A stretch of 56,855 nt of DNA, filler included, from Basidiobolus meristosporus CBS 931.73 (GCA_002104905.1; 3 parts of 3 records of this genome joined end to end with filler, not necessarily neighbours in it); one strand, 5' to 3'; shown: positions 24,415-37,954, numbered from the whole stretch's first letter. The notes: generated by a model from the letters alone, not told the origin. Numbers and translations: made by a program.

Positions 24415-24877
24415 TAACCTCTATATGGTAGATTGGTACTTGGCATGGTTCTTCCAACTGAACCTCTAGGTTAGTAAATAACTACCAAGTGACTGGCAAT
24501 TGGTTGGACGGATGGAAAAATATTTACACGTTCTTAGATGTGGAGCCACTTTACTGCTCACTTGCTAACAGTCATTATCTGGATATACTTGTTTTCCATA
24601 CCTGTTGTAGTTACTGACAGTACTCATCGAAAGTCCGAAAAAGTACGTGCTGTGTGTGAAGTAGGACTTTCATGTCGGCCTCGCCCCATTTAAAGGGAAA
24701 ACAGAGAGTGTTTACAGCAATGGTACATTGTAGTATTCATACATGTTTAGTCAGAACGAGCAAGTGCAACTTTTGTATAACCACTCCACATTAGCCCTGT
24801 CAAGAATCCACTATATCAGTCGCATAGAGGAATATGAAAGCTCTGTTTTGCTGAAGGTTAATTCTATAGAATTTGAA

Positions 24878-25160
24878 ATGATCAGCCAACTGAAAATTCC
24901 ATCCACCCTTCTAATGACTACACTGGCCATGAGTGCTCAACTGCAGTGCAGAGTCTCTCAGTTCAGCAAATACCTTATGTACAGATACACATCTTGGGAG
25001 CTCAAGTAAAAAATGAAAGGCATGCCCAAGACCGCGAACCTCATACCACAACAGATGACTTACAGTATGCAGAAGTAGTATCGAGAAGTGATGCTGGCTA
25101 TTCTCCCAAGGATCATACGACAGGCCGCAAAAGTGACTCGGCGAAGAATTCCAGGAAACT
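24878..25160 (+). pseudogene. Peptide-precursor copy P1 (remnant)
   Basis: MISQLKIPSTLLMTTLAMSAQLQ matches the P8 signal peptide; the rest is decayed. Confidence 0.75.
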
Positions 25161-25274
25161 GAATCATGAAGCTATTTGTTACTTTCTAAATGATTTGACA
25201 TTATGATTGATCGTTTAATGGATACAATGAGGTTAGATACAATGGCAGACACTATGGTGAAAACATAAAATACA

Positions 25275-26799
25275 CTAGTTCAGAGACATAGTAGCAAGGG
25301 AAGCCAAACTGAAGTAAACAAGAGCTGAACTTGGATTGAAAAGGCCAGCCCCATCACTAGTAGTACATATGTGGGTTCCATTTGCAGGCGGAGCTTTGGA
25401 ATCAAGGCAGGTGCTTTGCTTTGGGTCATCATCTTCAGTTTCAGTCTTGATCATGGCTTCACATTTGTAGGCCACGTTTGCAAGTGGCGCCTTAGGGTCG
25501 ATACAAGTGCTTTTCTTTGTGACGTTGAGTTCCACAGCCTCGAAGAGGTTACGCATCCAGTGGAATGTATAGTTAGTCTTGAAGCCGGGGTAGATCATGT
25601 TGACAGTGTCTTGCAGAGCAGCATCAGCCATCACAACGGCATTTCTGAACCAATCGGCATCGCCGCTCTTGGTTTGGGTTCTGTCTACACGGTATACTGC
25701 CTTGTTGCTGATGAACTTGTATTGTGTGTCAGCCACAGACAGGTTGTACAGGTGCAGTACCTCCTCAATGGTAGGGTAGGTGATGTTTAGGTCAGTGAAA
25801 TCCGTCCTGTCCACTAAAATGTCTGCATCTTCGATAACATTCAGCAAATCGGGCAACTCATACCCAGAGAACGAAATAGTATTGAACAGCCTAGAGTCAT
25901 CATGATCTTCTGTCAATTGAGCGCCACTATCCTGCATCAAATGACTTAAGTAGCCAGGAGTGCAGTGCATATAGGATATTGCGTCGATAGCATCGATCAA
26001 ATAGACCCAAGCAACCTTTGGCGTGGTTTTGTCCGCCATCAACTGTACCTCGTTTTTGATACAGTCATAATTGTCGTGAATGCTTTGTGTGACATTGTTG
26101 GCAACCCTCTCCAGGTTGAAGAAGACTGAATAAACCTTGAGTAGGTCTGATTTCGTAAGTGGACTGGCGGTTACCTCCTCATAGATGTTGATGGTTTTGT
26201 TTCCATCAACATCTATGTCTGGGGTAAAGTAGGCATCAACATTCTCGTCAAAACTGTTGTTGGCAATGCATGGAGACGTAAAGTACTGTGGATAGGCAGA
26301 TACGATACGCTCAACTAGACCAAGCGTCTTGAATGAGCCATGAGTTAGAATACGCCTCTGTATCACCTTTATGAAATTAGCCAACCGTGGAAACTTACAT
26401 CTAGATAGCTAGCTTCTGTAGGGCCAACATTACCCACTCTATTCAGTGGGATTTCAAAGAACTTGTCGTATTGGCTGATACGTTGCGGCTGAGGAGTCCC
26501 GCGCTGGTAGAGGATATATTTATCAGTACTTGAAAGCTGCACGTACTTCCAGTTCATTCTGTATTCAATACTACGCTCGGTTTCGATATTAACTAAACGA
26601 ACAGAAATGATCAGTAAGCTCTCGTAGTGCTGCTACGAATGAAATGGCTCATACATGTGACTTTGTCTGGGAAATAGTCGGTGGCTGGGTCATAATTCTC
26701 TACTGTGAATGATGGATCTACGATGTTCGAGGTGAGTACCTCACAAGAGACAGCAGTAAGGCCGAGGAAAGTAAGAGTGCAAATGCTGAAGCAACGCAT
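25275..26799 (-). CDS. S1: CBA1-like periplasmic-binding-protein-fold surface protein, signal peptide + GPI-type tail, ~463 aa, intact
   Basis: Exons 26799-26655, 26592-26399, 26327-25275 join in frame (intron 2 acceptor is AAG). Motifs DYFPDKV, YILYQRGTP, FFEIPL, TSPC, SVFFNLE, NKAVYRVD, DWF..AVV.AD.AL.D. Confidence 0.85.
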
Positions 26800-27573
26800 G
26801 TGTATTGATGTTGGATGTTTCGTGATGCACACTTAAATAATATCTGGCCATTGTACATTCGAACACATTGGCTGATCATCCAAAAATATGGACAAATAGG
26901 GCACTAACTATTGTGATCAAATTACTTACACAAGTAGCAAGATATATCATCTGGCCATTTACACATTGGAACACATTAGTTGGTCCACCGGAAACATCCC
27001 ACTAATTAGGATAGATTCCGTTGATGATGTGATGAAACAAGTTAGATACGTTTCTTTACGAGCCAATTGGGGCTACAAATCTTGCAAGCACCATTCGTGG
27101 ATGTCAAATAACCATCTATGGAAAATCAATTCACTGCACCGAGGAACAACTTCCAAAAAGCTGACAGTTAATGAGATAGATTGGATGAATATTATAGCCA
27201 TTGCCTTGGGTGAAAACGATTTGTAGTATAGCTTACAGCCTTCATCTAGATAAACGTCTACTTGCATATCTGAACTTATATATACACTAGCTGTGGCCCT
27301 CTGCGACTACTGGGGCTTTTGCTGATATTTATAACGACTCTGGCTCTTTATACCTCAGGAAAGACTACGTACAAGCCTACCCGTTAGACTTATTTTACTC
27401 CCCTCAACTCAAATCATAGTATACCTCAGCTTAGAAGAAAAGCTCTGATAATATGCCTTCCGGTATGACATATGTGCCATCTCATTAATCCTTCCCCGCT
27501 AACTAAGCATCAAGAGGTGCTCCCATCCCAACATAAAGCCTCTTGATAGATACGGCTGAACCCTAGCAAGTAC

Positions 27574-27820
27574 ATAATCCGAGAACTAGCAATCCCATTC
27601 ACACTCTCAATGGTAACCATGACAATGGGTGCAAAATTACATTTCACCATTGGTCCACCTCCTCTCAGCAACATTGCTATTAGGTTGACATTCACCGAAT
27701 CACTCAGACCAGCACAAACGCTATGGATAGGTTACTAAGTGAAATCATGATTACTAGGCTCGAGGACGTTTTGGGAGATACGGCTGGTACTACAACTGGG
27801 ACTACCTGTTTGATAAATAA
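27574..27820 (+). pseudogene. Peptide-precursor copy P2 (start lost, internal deletion)
   Basis: IIRELAIPFTL... followed by RGRFGRYGWYYNWDY and the conserved GATAAATAAATGAA 3' motif. Confidence 0.75.
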
Positions 27821-28032
27821 ATGAATCAGTAATTTCATATCGCTGTGATACTTGTCCCCAACACGCACACACTAATCTAGCTCAGAACTGTGCATAATGA
27901 CAAGACTTGAATCCAGATCGTGAAATCAATGAGATCGCCATAATGTTACGATATAAAATTATTTATGAGATTGCCTTCGATTATAACCGGTTACCTACAG
28001 TAATAGTTGCTATATTGGTGATGTGTAATGCA

Positions 28033-29468
28033 CTAGCCCAAATAGGCAGCTACAACAGAAGCCAACCCGAAGTAAACAAGAGCTGAGCTGGGACTGAAAA
28101 GGCTAACCCCATCGTTGGTATCAGTCTTGATCTTGGCGTCACACTTGTATGCCACATTTGCAAGTGACGCCTTAGGATCGATACAAGTGCCTTGCTGCGT
28201 ACCGTTCAGCTTCTCACCATCGAAAAGGTTACGCATCCAGTGGAAAGTGTAGTTACTCTTGAAGCCAGGGTGGACCATATTCACTGTGTCCTGGAGTGCA
28301 GCATCAGCCATCACAACAGCATTGAAGAACCAATCGGCATCGCCGCTCTTGGTTTGGGTTCTGTCTACGCGGTATACTGCCTTGTTGCTGATGAACTTGT
28401 ATTGTGTGTCAGCCACAGACAGGTTGTACAGGTGCAGTACCTCATCAACCTTAGGATAGGTAATGTTCAGGTGAATGAAACTTGACATATCTACTAAGAT
28501 GTCTGCATCCTTGATGACTTCTAGGACTTCATTCAATGGATTCCCAAAAGCTGAAATACCATTGTTTTCCTCAAACTCTATTATTGATTGTGCGCCACTA
28601 TCCCGCATCAGATAGTGTAGGTAGTTTGGAGTGTAGAGAACGTATGATATTCTTGAGGTTAAATAATCGATTATATAGACCCAAGCAATCTTTGGCGTTG
28701 TCTTAGCCGTCATCGACTGTACCTCGCTCTTGACGCAGTTATAGTTGCCCTCAATGTCCTGTGTGATCTTGTTGGCGGTCTTCTCCAGGTTAAAGAAAAC
28801 CGAATAAGTCTTGAGCAAATCCGACCTCGTGAGTGGCCTGGACATCGTCAACTCATAGATGTTGATGGTATCGTTCCTATCAGCATTTACACCTGGGGCA
28901 AAGTAGGCTCCAACATTTGACCCTGAATTGTTGTTGGCAATACACGGGGATGTAAAGTATTGTGGCTCGACAGATACGATACGTTCACCTAGGCCAAGCA
29001 TCTAGAATAAGCATGTCAGAAATTGCTACCAAATCGATGTTATCAAATGAGCCATCAATGGTAACTCACATCTAAAAAGCTAGCCGCGGTCGAATTTGCA
29101 ATGCTCACTCGATTCAGCGGGATTTCGAAGAACTTGTCATACTTGCTGACACGTTCCGGCTGAGGAGTCCCACGCTGGTAGAGGATGTACCTATTAGTCG
29201 GTGAAAGCTGCACATACTTCCAATTCATTCTGTATTCGATACGGCTCTCTGTTTCATTATTGACTAAGCGAACGGAATGCATTAGTAAGCCATCTTAGTG
29301 TGAATACAAATGAAGTGGCTCGTACATGTGACTTTGTCTGGGAAATAGTCGGTGGCTGGGTCGTAATTCTCCACCCTGAAGGATGGATCTACGATGTTCG
29401 AGGTGAGTACCTCAAGAGACAGCAGTAAGGCCAAGAAAAGTAAGAGTGCAAATGCTGAAGCAACGCAT
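28033..29468 (-). pseudogene. S2: CBA1-like copy with a 2-bp deletion in exon 1 (otherwise 435 aa)
   Basis: Exons 29468-29326 (143 nt instead of 145), 29263-29070, 29001-28033. TCTTGTGAG>TCTTGAG at ~29414 creates a stop. Could be an assembly error. Confidence 0.8.
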
Positions 29469-30454
29469 GTGTATTGATGTTGGATGTTTTGTGCTGCACA
29501 TTTAAATAATAACTGGCCATTGTACAATCGAATACCTTGGCTGCTTACCCAGAGCCATCGCGCAAAGTAGGATAGATCACACCAACTATTGTGCTCAAGT
29601 TAGTTACACAAGATCCTTTACCACGAGGCATGGAACGCTTTGTATGTAACAATGTTGCTTCCATTCCTTATCAGTGATGTTGTAGCAATTACATCACTAT
29701 CACTGGTGAATACCAAACAATCTCAATATGGTAAATTGGTGCTTGGCATCGCTTTTCCAAATAATGGGTAATTGGTTGGTCAGATTAAACAATATTCCAG
29801 TGTATAGTCACACACAAAATATCCTGTGGAGACAGTATATTTGACCACCATTTTTGGTTCTACTCTACTGTTCACTTGCCGACAGTTACCATTTCAAGTT
29901 CTTTATATCCAATTGTACTGATAGTATGCGTCGGCAATCTGATAATGTACAGGCGATGAGTGAGCAAATTCAAATCATTCATCATACCCTAAATGTAGAG
30001 GAAACTGAGTGCACCTACTGTGATGTTGTATTTATAAAAATTCAGGAAGAGAACTGTAGTTTGTGTAAATCCCCTTTTCATTTCACATGGCTGCTGAAAA
30101 GAATGCAGTCATATCAACTGAATTCAACTGGGTGCCAAGAACTTCCCTATATTCGGCTTCGTGATATATAAGCTGTGTATAACAAATATCTGAATCCCTA
30201 GTCTGATCATATGCTCATCAAAAAGACAGGATCGTGTGATAAAACGCTGGTATATTGAATAGAAAACAACGAATTCATCGGCATACCGTCACTCGTCTTT
30301 ACACCAGAGAATTGCCTGATGCAGATTAGCTCGCTAGGGATCATATACCGTTTTCATTAAACTGACTAGGCTTACCAAATCATATGATATATTCTAGTGC
30401 TATTACAAAAGTTTGTTCTGCTTTAAGCTAATGCCTCAGAACTCGAACTGGAAT

Positions 30455-30945
30455 ATGATCAGCCAACTAGCAAGCCCATTCCCTCTTCTACTAGCCACAC
30501 TGGTCATGGGCGCTCAGCTGCAGTCTACCGCTGGCCCAGCCTCCTTCAGAAAGGTGGCCCTTCAGCGAGTCCCTTAGCCCAGCACAGAATCGTAATGATG
30601 GATATACCATCCGGGAGTTCAAGTCAAACAAGAAGGAAGACGCATCAAGGATCATGAGCCTTATTCTCCAGCAGATGACGAACAGCATGCAAAAGAAGGA
30701 GTATACCCCACTCTCGAACATGCTTGACATAGATGAGGCGAAGACTGGTACCGCCTCCGATCCGAAGGATCCCACTCTAGGCAGCAAAGGTGGAGATGAA
30801 GGTGAGGGTATTTCTGAGATGAACCCCGAGGAAGCTGAGCTTTGGGGCAATTATGGTCGCTGGAGACGTGAATACTGGGAGATATGGTGGGTGTAGTCGG
30901 TGGGGAGGCAGAAGATATGGCGGGTGCTATGACTGGGACTGCTGA
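30455..30945 (+). pseudogene. Peptide-precursor copy P3 (two frameshifting deletions)
   Basis: MISQLASPFPLLLATLVMGAQLQ...PEEAELWGNYGRWRREYW.../RYGGCSRWGGRRYGGCYDWDC*. Confidence 0.85.
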
Positions 30946-31119
30946 TTTCATAAATAAATGAACCAGTCATTTCACTACATACTTGTGATGTTCCTTTCAT
31001 CATGCTGGCAGTGCGGCATCCATACATCCACACATATCTATCTCGGATCAAAGAACAAAGACGATTCTCGAAATGAAATCATGAAATGTTGTTAGATTAC
31101 CTTTGACATATAGGTTAGA

Positions 31120-31390
31120 TACAGTAATAGCCTGTACACAGGCTGAGTTTGTATTGCAAAGCCAAGACCATCACTGGTATTTATGCATCCAGTGGAAAAT
31201 AGAATCACCTCGACGCCGCAGCTCCCACAACTAATCTTACTGTTATTGTGAGTACGCCACGCTATTTGAATGTCAGGCTTAGTACTGGCGGTAATTGTCT
31301 GGTGTATTACTTCTCCATATATTCGTCGCAGCAACAATACAATCCAAAGCTTTTTCGCAGGTCATGATCTATCAGATGCGTGAACAACAC
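31120..31390 (-). pseudogene. S3: collapsed CBA1-like remnant
   Basis: FHWM and TSDGLGF fragments, next to a 3' UTR resembling those of S1 and S4. Confidence 0.55.
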
Positions 31391-31528
31391 TGAGATATGA
31401 ATATTCAATCCATCAAACCCCGTCAATCTTTGCTACAGACCCAATTATATTCCAAATATCTCTACTTGATTAAGGGTAGCTCATTGCCTTTGTCATGAGG
31501 GCCAATGCCGTGGAACCTGACCTGCGAT

Positions 31529-31850
31529 AAGATCAGCCAACTAGCAATCCCACTCAACCTCCTTGGCCACGGGTATTTCACTGCACTCCATAACTGACCA
31601 AGACACTCGAAAAGATATAGACACCGAACCTGTATCTACCGATTCATTTAGTCCTACACAAAACCCCGAGGACGGATATATCCTCCGGGAGTCCCAGTTA
31701 AGCAAGATATGTCGAGGATCATGAACCTTACTTACCATCAAATGACTCAAAGCATGCAGAAGGAATTTATAAATAGGAGAACTGATGATATCTCTGCTTC
31801 CAAGTATCCAACCATATACCACAAAAGCGACTCGAAGAATCCCAAGTAAA
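31529..31850 (+). pseudogene. Peptide-precursor copy P4 (remnant)
   Basis: AAG replaces ATG; ISQLAIPLNLL and SRIMNL...QMTQSMQK fragments. Confidence 0.7.
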
Positions 31851-32058
31851 CTGAATCATGAAGTTATTTGTTACTTTCTAAATAATTCGACATTATGGTT
31901 GATCGTTTGATGGATACAGTGAGGTTAGATACAGTAGCAGGCACTATGGTGAATACATAAATTACACTATTTCAGACAGGTAGCTGCAAGAGAAGCCAGC
32001 CCGAAGTAAGCAACAGTCGAACATAGATTAAAAAACCAATCCCATTGTTAGTAATTAT

Positions 32059-33402
32059 CTAGATCCTGGCATCACATTTGTAGGCCACGTTTGCAAGTGG
32101 TGCCTTGGGATCAATACAAGTGCTGTGCTTCGGACCATCGAGCTTCTCGTCGTCGAAAAGGCTACGCATCCAGTGGAAAGTGTAGTTACTCTTGAAGTCA
32201 TGGTGAGCCATATTCACTGTGTCTTGCAGAGCAGCATCAGCCATCACAACTGCATTGAAGTACCAATCGACATCACCGCCCTTGGTTTGTATTCTATCTA
32301 CACGGTATACTGCCTTGTTGCTGATGAACTTATATTGTGTGTCAGCCACGGACAGGTTGTATAGTTGCAATACCTCATCAACCGTAGGGTAGGTAATGTT
32401 CTGGTGAATGAAATCTGATATTTCCACTACAATGTCTGCGTCCTTGATGACATCTAGGAACTCATTCAAATTTTTATATCCGTGAGCCAAAGCGCCGTTA
32501 TCTTCGTCAAACTCTATTAATTGTGCGCCACTATCCTGCATCAGAGAGCCCAAGTAGCTCGTTGTGGAGTAAACGTAGTACACATCCGAGCCGTGATATT
32601 TGTAATAATCGGATCTATAGATCCAAGCAATCTTTGGCATTGTCTTGGCCTTCATCGACCCTACCTCGCTCTTAACGCAGTTATAGTTGTCCTCAATCTT
32701 CCGTGTGATCTTATTGGCGGTCTTCTCCAGGTTGAAGAAGACAGAATAAATTTTGATTAAATCTGATCTCACAAGTGGACTGTACCACGGATCCTCAGTA
32801 ATGTGGATGGTTTTGTTCCCAACGATATATCTGTCTGGGGAAAAAAGTGCATCAACGTTTACCCCTGAATTACTATTGGCAATGCACGGGGATGTGAGGT
32901 ATTGTGGTTCGGCAGACACGATACGCTCACCTAGGCCTAGCATCTATGATAACCATGTGTCAGGAAATGCTTCTAAATCATTCGTATTAGTAAGAACTCA
33001 CATCAAGATAGCTAACCGCAGTCGAGTTCACAACTTCCACTCGATTCAGCGGGATTTCAAAGAACTCGTCGTATTGGCTGATTCGCTCTGGTTGAGGAGT
33101 CCCACGCTGGTAGAGGATATACTTGTGAATACTTGAAAGCTGCACATACTTCCAGTTCATTCTGTATTCGATACGGCTCTTTGTTGCATTGTTAACTAAA
33201 TGGACGGAATGCATTAGTAGGTTATCTTAGTGTGAATACAAATGACGTGACTTGTACATGTGACTTTGTCTGGGAAATAGTCGGTGGCTGGGTCGTAATT
33301 CTCCACCCTGAAGGATGGATCTACGATGTTCGAGGTGAGTACCTCACAAGAGACAGCAGTAAGGCCGAGGAAAGTAAGAGTGCAAATGCTGAAGCAACGC
33401 AT
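32059..33402 (-). CDS. S4: CBA1-like copy, ~407 aa, stop before the GPI signal
   Basis: Exons 33402-33258, 33195-33002, 32943-32059 in frame. AAG>TAG at 32059-32061; a decayed GPI-tail sequence follows. Confidence 0.78.
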
Positions 33403-33934
33403 GTGTATTGATGTTGGATGCTTCGTGCTGCACACTTAAATAATAACTGCAATCTGATCATTGTACATTCGAACACATTGGCTGATCATCCAGAACTATC
33501 GCAGAAATTAGGATAGATTGCACCAACTGTTGCGCCCCAAATAGTTACACGAGATCATTTATCGCGAGGAAAAGAACACTCATATGTAACACTGTTGCTT
33601 CCACTCCTTGTCAGTGATGATGTAATAGCCACATCGCTATCACTCGTGGATACTAAACAACCTCTATATGGTAGATTGGCGCTTGGCATTTCTGTTCCAA
33701 ATGGAAGACGGGCGGACAGAACAAGATTCCGGTGGATAGCCACATAGAGAATAACATATGGGGACTGCATATTCAGCCATCGTTTTTGGGCCTACTTCAC
33801 TGCTCTCTTGCTGACAGTTGTCATCTCGAAACTTGAAATACCTCGGCTAAGACTTCACTATATTCAACTTCATGATATCTCAGCCATATAGAGTGTCAGA
33901 CCTGGCATTGACGGTAAAAATACTTAGACTTGTA

Positions 33935-33970
33935 AGGTAGAAGGTATAGCGGGCTTCATAAATAAATGAA
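33935..33970 (+). pseudogene. Peptide-precursor trace P5 (3' end only)
   Basis: GGTAGAAGGTATAGCGGG...CATAAATAAATGAACC matches the 3' ends of P3 and P8. Confidence 0.5.
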
Positions 33971-34159
33971 CCAACAATTATTTCATACCTATACATCCAC
34001 ATATATCTATGCCGGACCAGTGAGCAAAGACAATGCTTGAGGAGAAGTTCGAAATTGTAGGGATGAACTACAATGATATTACATTCAACTATTTATTAGA
34101 TAACTTGAGACTAAAATAGCTTGATGCTGTGATAGACAGTATAGTGAAGACGCGTAATA

Positions 34160-34608
34160 CCATAGCCCAGATAGATGGCTACAATAGAAGCTGAAAACGA
34201 GTAAACAAGAGCCGACCTTGAGTTGAAAAAGCCAACTCCATCATTAGTATCACACTTATAAACCAAGAAGCTGAAGTGGTACCATATTGCATTGAGAAGG
34301 CCGAGGAGTGCCGCGCTGATAAAAGATTCAAGTCTAATAGAAAAGCTGTAGATACTTCCAGCTCTTTTGGTAATAAATACGATTCTCCATTGGGGCGTCA
34401 ACTAAATGAATGGAATGGATCAGTAAGCTCACTTAGCGTTGCTACGAATTAAGTGACTCATACATGTGACTTTGTCTGGGAAATTGTTGGAGGCTGAGTC
34501 GTAAAGCTCTATCTTGAATGCTGGATCTACAATGTTGGAGGTGAGTTTCTTACAAGAAACGGTAGTAAGGCCGAGGAAAGGCAGAATGTAGGTGCATAAG
34601 CACCGTAT
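34160..34608 (-). pseudogene. S5: CBA1-like remnant with a large internal deletion
   Basis: ATA for ATG, recognisable exon 1 (FPDKVT) and intron 1, part of exon 2 fused to YKCDTNDGVGFFNSRSALVY. Confidence 0.85.
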
Positions 34609-34940
34609 GTGTACTGATGTTGTATGTAGTATGCTGAACACTTACATAACATCATAGCCTTCAAACACATTAGCTGATCCACAAGAAACGTCGGACAATT
34701 TAGACATCAACTGCTGTGATCAAATGAGCTACATGAGTTTCTTTAACTATAGGCTAAGATCATATGCAAGTGACACTGTTGTTTGTTTTCCTTATCAGTG
34801 GTGTTACGATCTCCAAATCAATACTACTGTTGGATAACAATCTCTATATGGTAGATCCGTACTTGACATTACTCTCTCAAATGAAAGAAATTTTGCTGGT
34901 CAGATAGAATGATATTATAGTGTGTAGTCGGATGCACCGC

Positions 34941-35290
34941 TCAAGTCAAGCAAGAAGGAAGACGCGTAACGAACCATGAGCCTTATTTACCACCAAACGA
35001 CAAGCAGCATGTACCAGAAGGAGTATTCTCCACTCTCAAACATACTTGACATTTAAAAGACAAGAGCTCATTCAGTCCTCGATACAGGGATACCACCATC
35101 GACGACAAAAGTTGAGCGGAGGATAAGGGCAATTTAGAGAGAATTTTAAGGAAACATTACTAAGTGGGGAAGATACGGTCGCTGGAGACATGGTTACTAG
35201 GTTTGAGGACGCCACGGGATATATACTAACTATGCTCGGTGGGAAGGTCGAAGGGTATGGCAGGTTCAAAGACTGCTAGTTTATAAGTGA
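34941..35290 (+). pseudogene. Peptide-precursor copy P6 (3' half)
   Basis: KSSKKEDA, KEYSPLSNILD and KWGRYGRWRHGY fragments with stops. Confidence 0.75.
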
Positions 35291-35516
35291 ACAAGCCAGT
35301 AATTCGGTATAATCACTGTGATACTCTTTCGAACATGCCTAGCAATACACTCACACAACACCAACTTAGAGTTGTGAATAATGACAAGACTTGAAGCCAG
35401 ATCATGAAATCAATGAGATCGACATAATGTTATGACTTACAATTATTTATTAGACTGCCTTCGATTATAATAGGTTACTTACAGTAATGGTAGACGTATT
35501 GATGATGTGTAATGCA

Positions 35517-36952
35517 CTAGCCCAAATAGGCAGCTACAACAGAAGCCAACCCGAAGTAAACAAGAGCTGAGCTTGGACTGAAAATAGCTGACCCCATCGT
35601 TAGTATCAGTCTTGATCTTGGCATCACACTTGTAGGCTACATTCACTAGTGGTGCCTTGGGATCAGTACAAGTGCTTTGCTGCGTGCCATTAAGCTTTTC
35701 ATCCATCGAAGAGGTTACGCATCCAGTGGAAAGTTGTAGTTACTCTTGAAGCCAGGGTGGACCATATTCACTGTGTCTTGCAGTGCAGCATCAGCCATCA
35801 CAACGGCATTGAAGAACCAATCGGCATCGCCACTCTTGGTTTGGGTTCTGTCTACGCGGTATACTGCCTTGTTGCTGATGAACTTGTATTGTGTGTCAGC
35901 CACAGACAAGTTGTACAGTTGCAGTACCTCATCAACGGTAGGGTAGGTGATATTTTGGTGAATGAAACTTGACATCTCCACTATGATGTCTGCATCCTTG
36001 ATGACTTCAAGGAACTCATTTAATGAATATCCGAATGCTGTAATACTATAATTTTCCTCGAACTCCATCATTAGTTGAGCGCCACTATCCTTCGTCAAAG
36101 AGTATAAGTAGTTCGGAGTGTAGTAGACGTAGGATATGTTCGAGGAGAAGGTGTAGGCATCGGTTATGTAGACCCAAGCAATCTTTGGCGTTGTCTTAGC
36201 CGTCATCGATTTTACCTCGCTCTTGACGCAGTTGTAGTTGCCTTCAATGTCCTGTGTGATCTTGTTGGCAGTCTTTTCCAGGTTGAAGAAGACCGAATAA
36301 ACTTTGAGTAGATCTGATCTCATAACTGGAGTGTACCACGTATACTCAACAAGGTTGATGGTTTTGTTTCCATCGGCATATATGGATGGGGAAAAAAGTG
36401 CATCAACATTTGCACTCGAACTGTTGTTGGCAATGCACGGGGATGTAAAGGATTGTGGCTCGACAGATGCGATACGTTCACCTAGGCCTAGCATCTAGGA
36501 TAACCATGTGTCAGACAATGCTTCCAAATCATTCATGCCAGTAGCAACTTACATCTAGATAGCTAGCCCAGTCGAATTTGCAATGCTCACTCGATTCAGC
36601 GGGATTTCGAAGAACTTGTCATACTTGCTGACACGTTCCGGCTGAGGAGTCCCGCGCTGGTAGAGGATGTACCTATTAGTAGATGAAAGCTGCACATACT
36701 TCCAATTCATTCTGTATTCGATACGACTCTCAGTTGCATTGTTAACTAAACGGATGGAATGCATTAATACGCTATCTCAGTGTGAATACAAACGAAGTGA
36801 CTCGTACACGTGACTTTGTCTGGGAAATAGTCGGTGGCTGGGTCGTAATTCTCCACCCTGAAGGATGGATCTACGATGTTCGAGGTGAGTACCTCACAGG
36901 AGACAGCAGTAAGGCCGAGGAAAGTAAGAGTGTAAAAGCTAAAGCAACGCAT
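35517..36952 (-). pseudogene. S6: CBA1-like copy with several single-base indels
   Basis: Exon 2 is 193 nt (1-bp deletion at ~36568); extra bases at ~35735, ~35700 and ~35585 relative to S2/S7. Confidence 0.8.
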
Positions 36953-37053
36953 GTGTATTGATGTTGGATGTTTCGTGCTGCACACTTAAATAATAACTGG
37001 CCATCGTACATTCGAACATATTGGCTGATCATCCAGAACCATGGCACAAAATA

Positions 37054-37430
37054 GGATAGATCACACCCACTATTATGCTCAAATTAGTTACACGAGTTCA
37101 CATACTTCGAGGCATCGAACATTCGTATGTAACAGTGTTGCTTCCACTCCTTGTCAGTGGTGTTGCAACAGCTACATAACTAACACCGGTGGACACCAAA
37201 CAATCTCAATATGGTAGATTGGCGCTTAGCATAGATATATGGATAGATCACGCCCACTATTATGCTCAAATTAGTTACGCGACATCATTTACCACGAGGG
37301 AAAGGACACTCGTATGTAACACTGTTGCTTCTATTCCTTGTCAGCAGTGTTGCAACAGCCGCGACGCTATCACTAGTGGATGCTAAACAATCTCAATATG
37401 GTAAATTGGCGCTTGGCATAGCTCTTCCAA
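37054..37430. repeat. 187-bp tandem duplication in the S6 upstream region
   Basis: GGATAGATCAC... recurs at 37054 and 37241. Confidence 0.85.
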
Positions 37431-37954
37431 ATTACAAATGATAGGTAATTGGCTGGTCCCACGGAACAAAATACCAGTGTATAGTCGCATGCAGAACAAT
37501 AGATGGAGACAGCGTATTCGGTCACCATTTTTGGCTCTACTCTACTGTTCGCTTAGTGACAACTACAATTTTGAAAGCTATACACCTCACAAACATCGGC
37601 TACGTGCACTGACTGAGCATGTTTTGTCAGGAAGAGAACTGTAGTTTGTATATGACCACTTTTCATTTCACCTTAGCAAGCGTACCTACCAAATTCCATC
37701 TGGTGCGGAAATATTTCGGCCGAGACTTCACTATATTTATTTTCATGATATATTAGCCGTATAGTGCAAATCTTGGAGTCTTCAGTCCGATCATGTGTTC
37801 ATCATAAGTGCTGGTGCATTAAACAGAAAACAACCAATTCATCAGACTACCGTTACTGACTTTCGCTCAAGAGAGTTGTCTAGCTCATAGTGGCTTATTG
37901 GAGCTTATTTCTTTGTTCTGCTAAGAGCTGCTGTCTCAGAATCTGACCTGGAAT

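Noticed and set aside
29282-29527. Upstream ATG that would rescue the S2 frameshift with an alternative hydrophobic leader
   Set aside because: That ATG lies upstream of the conserved TATTTAA element (~29501-29508), so it is probably outside the transcript.
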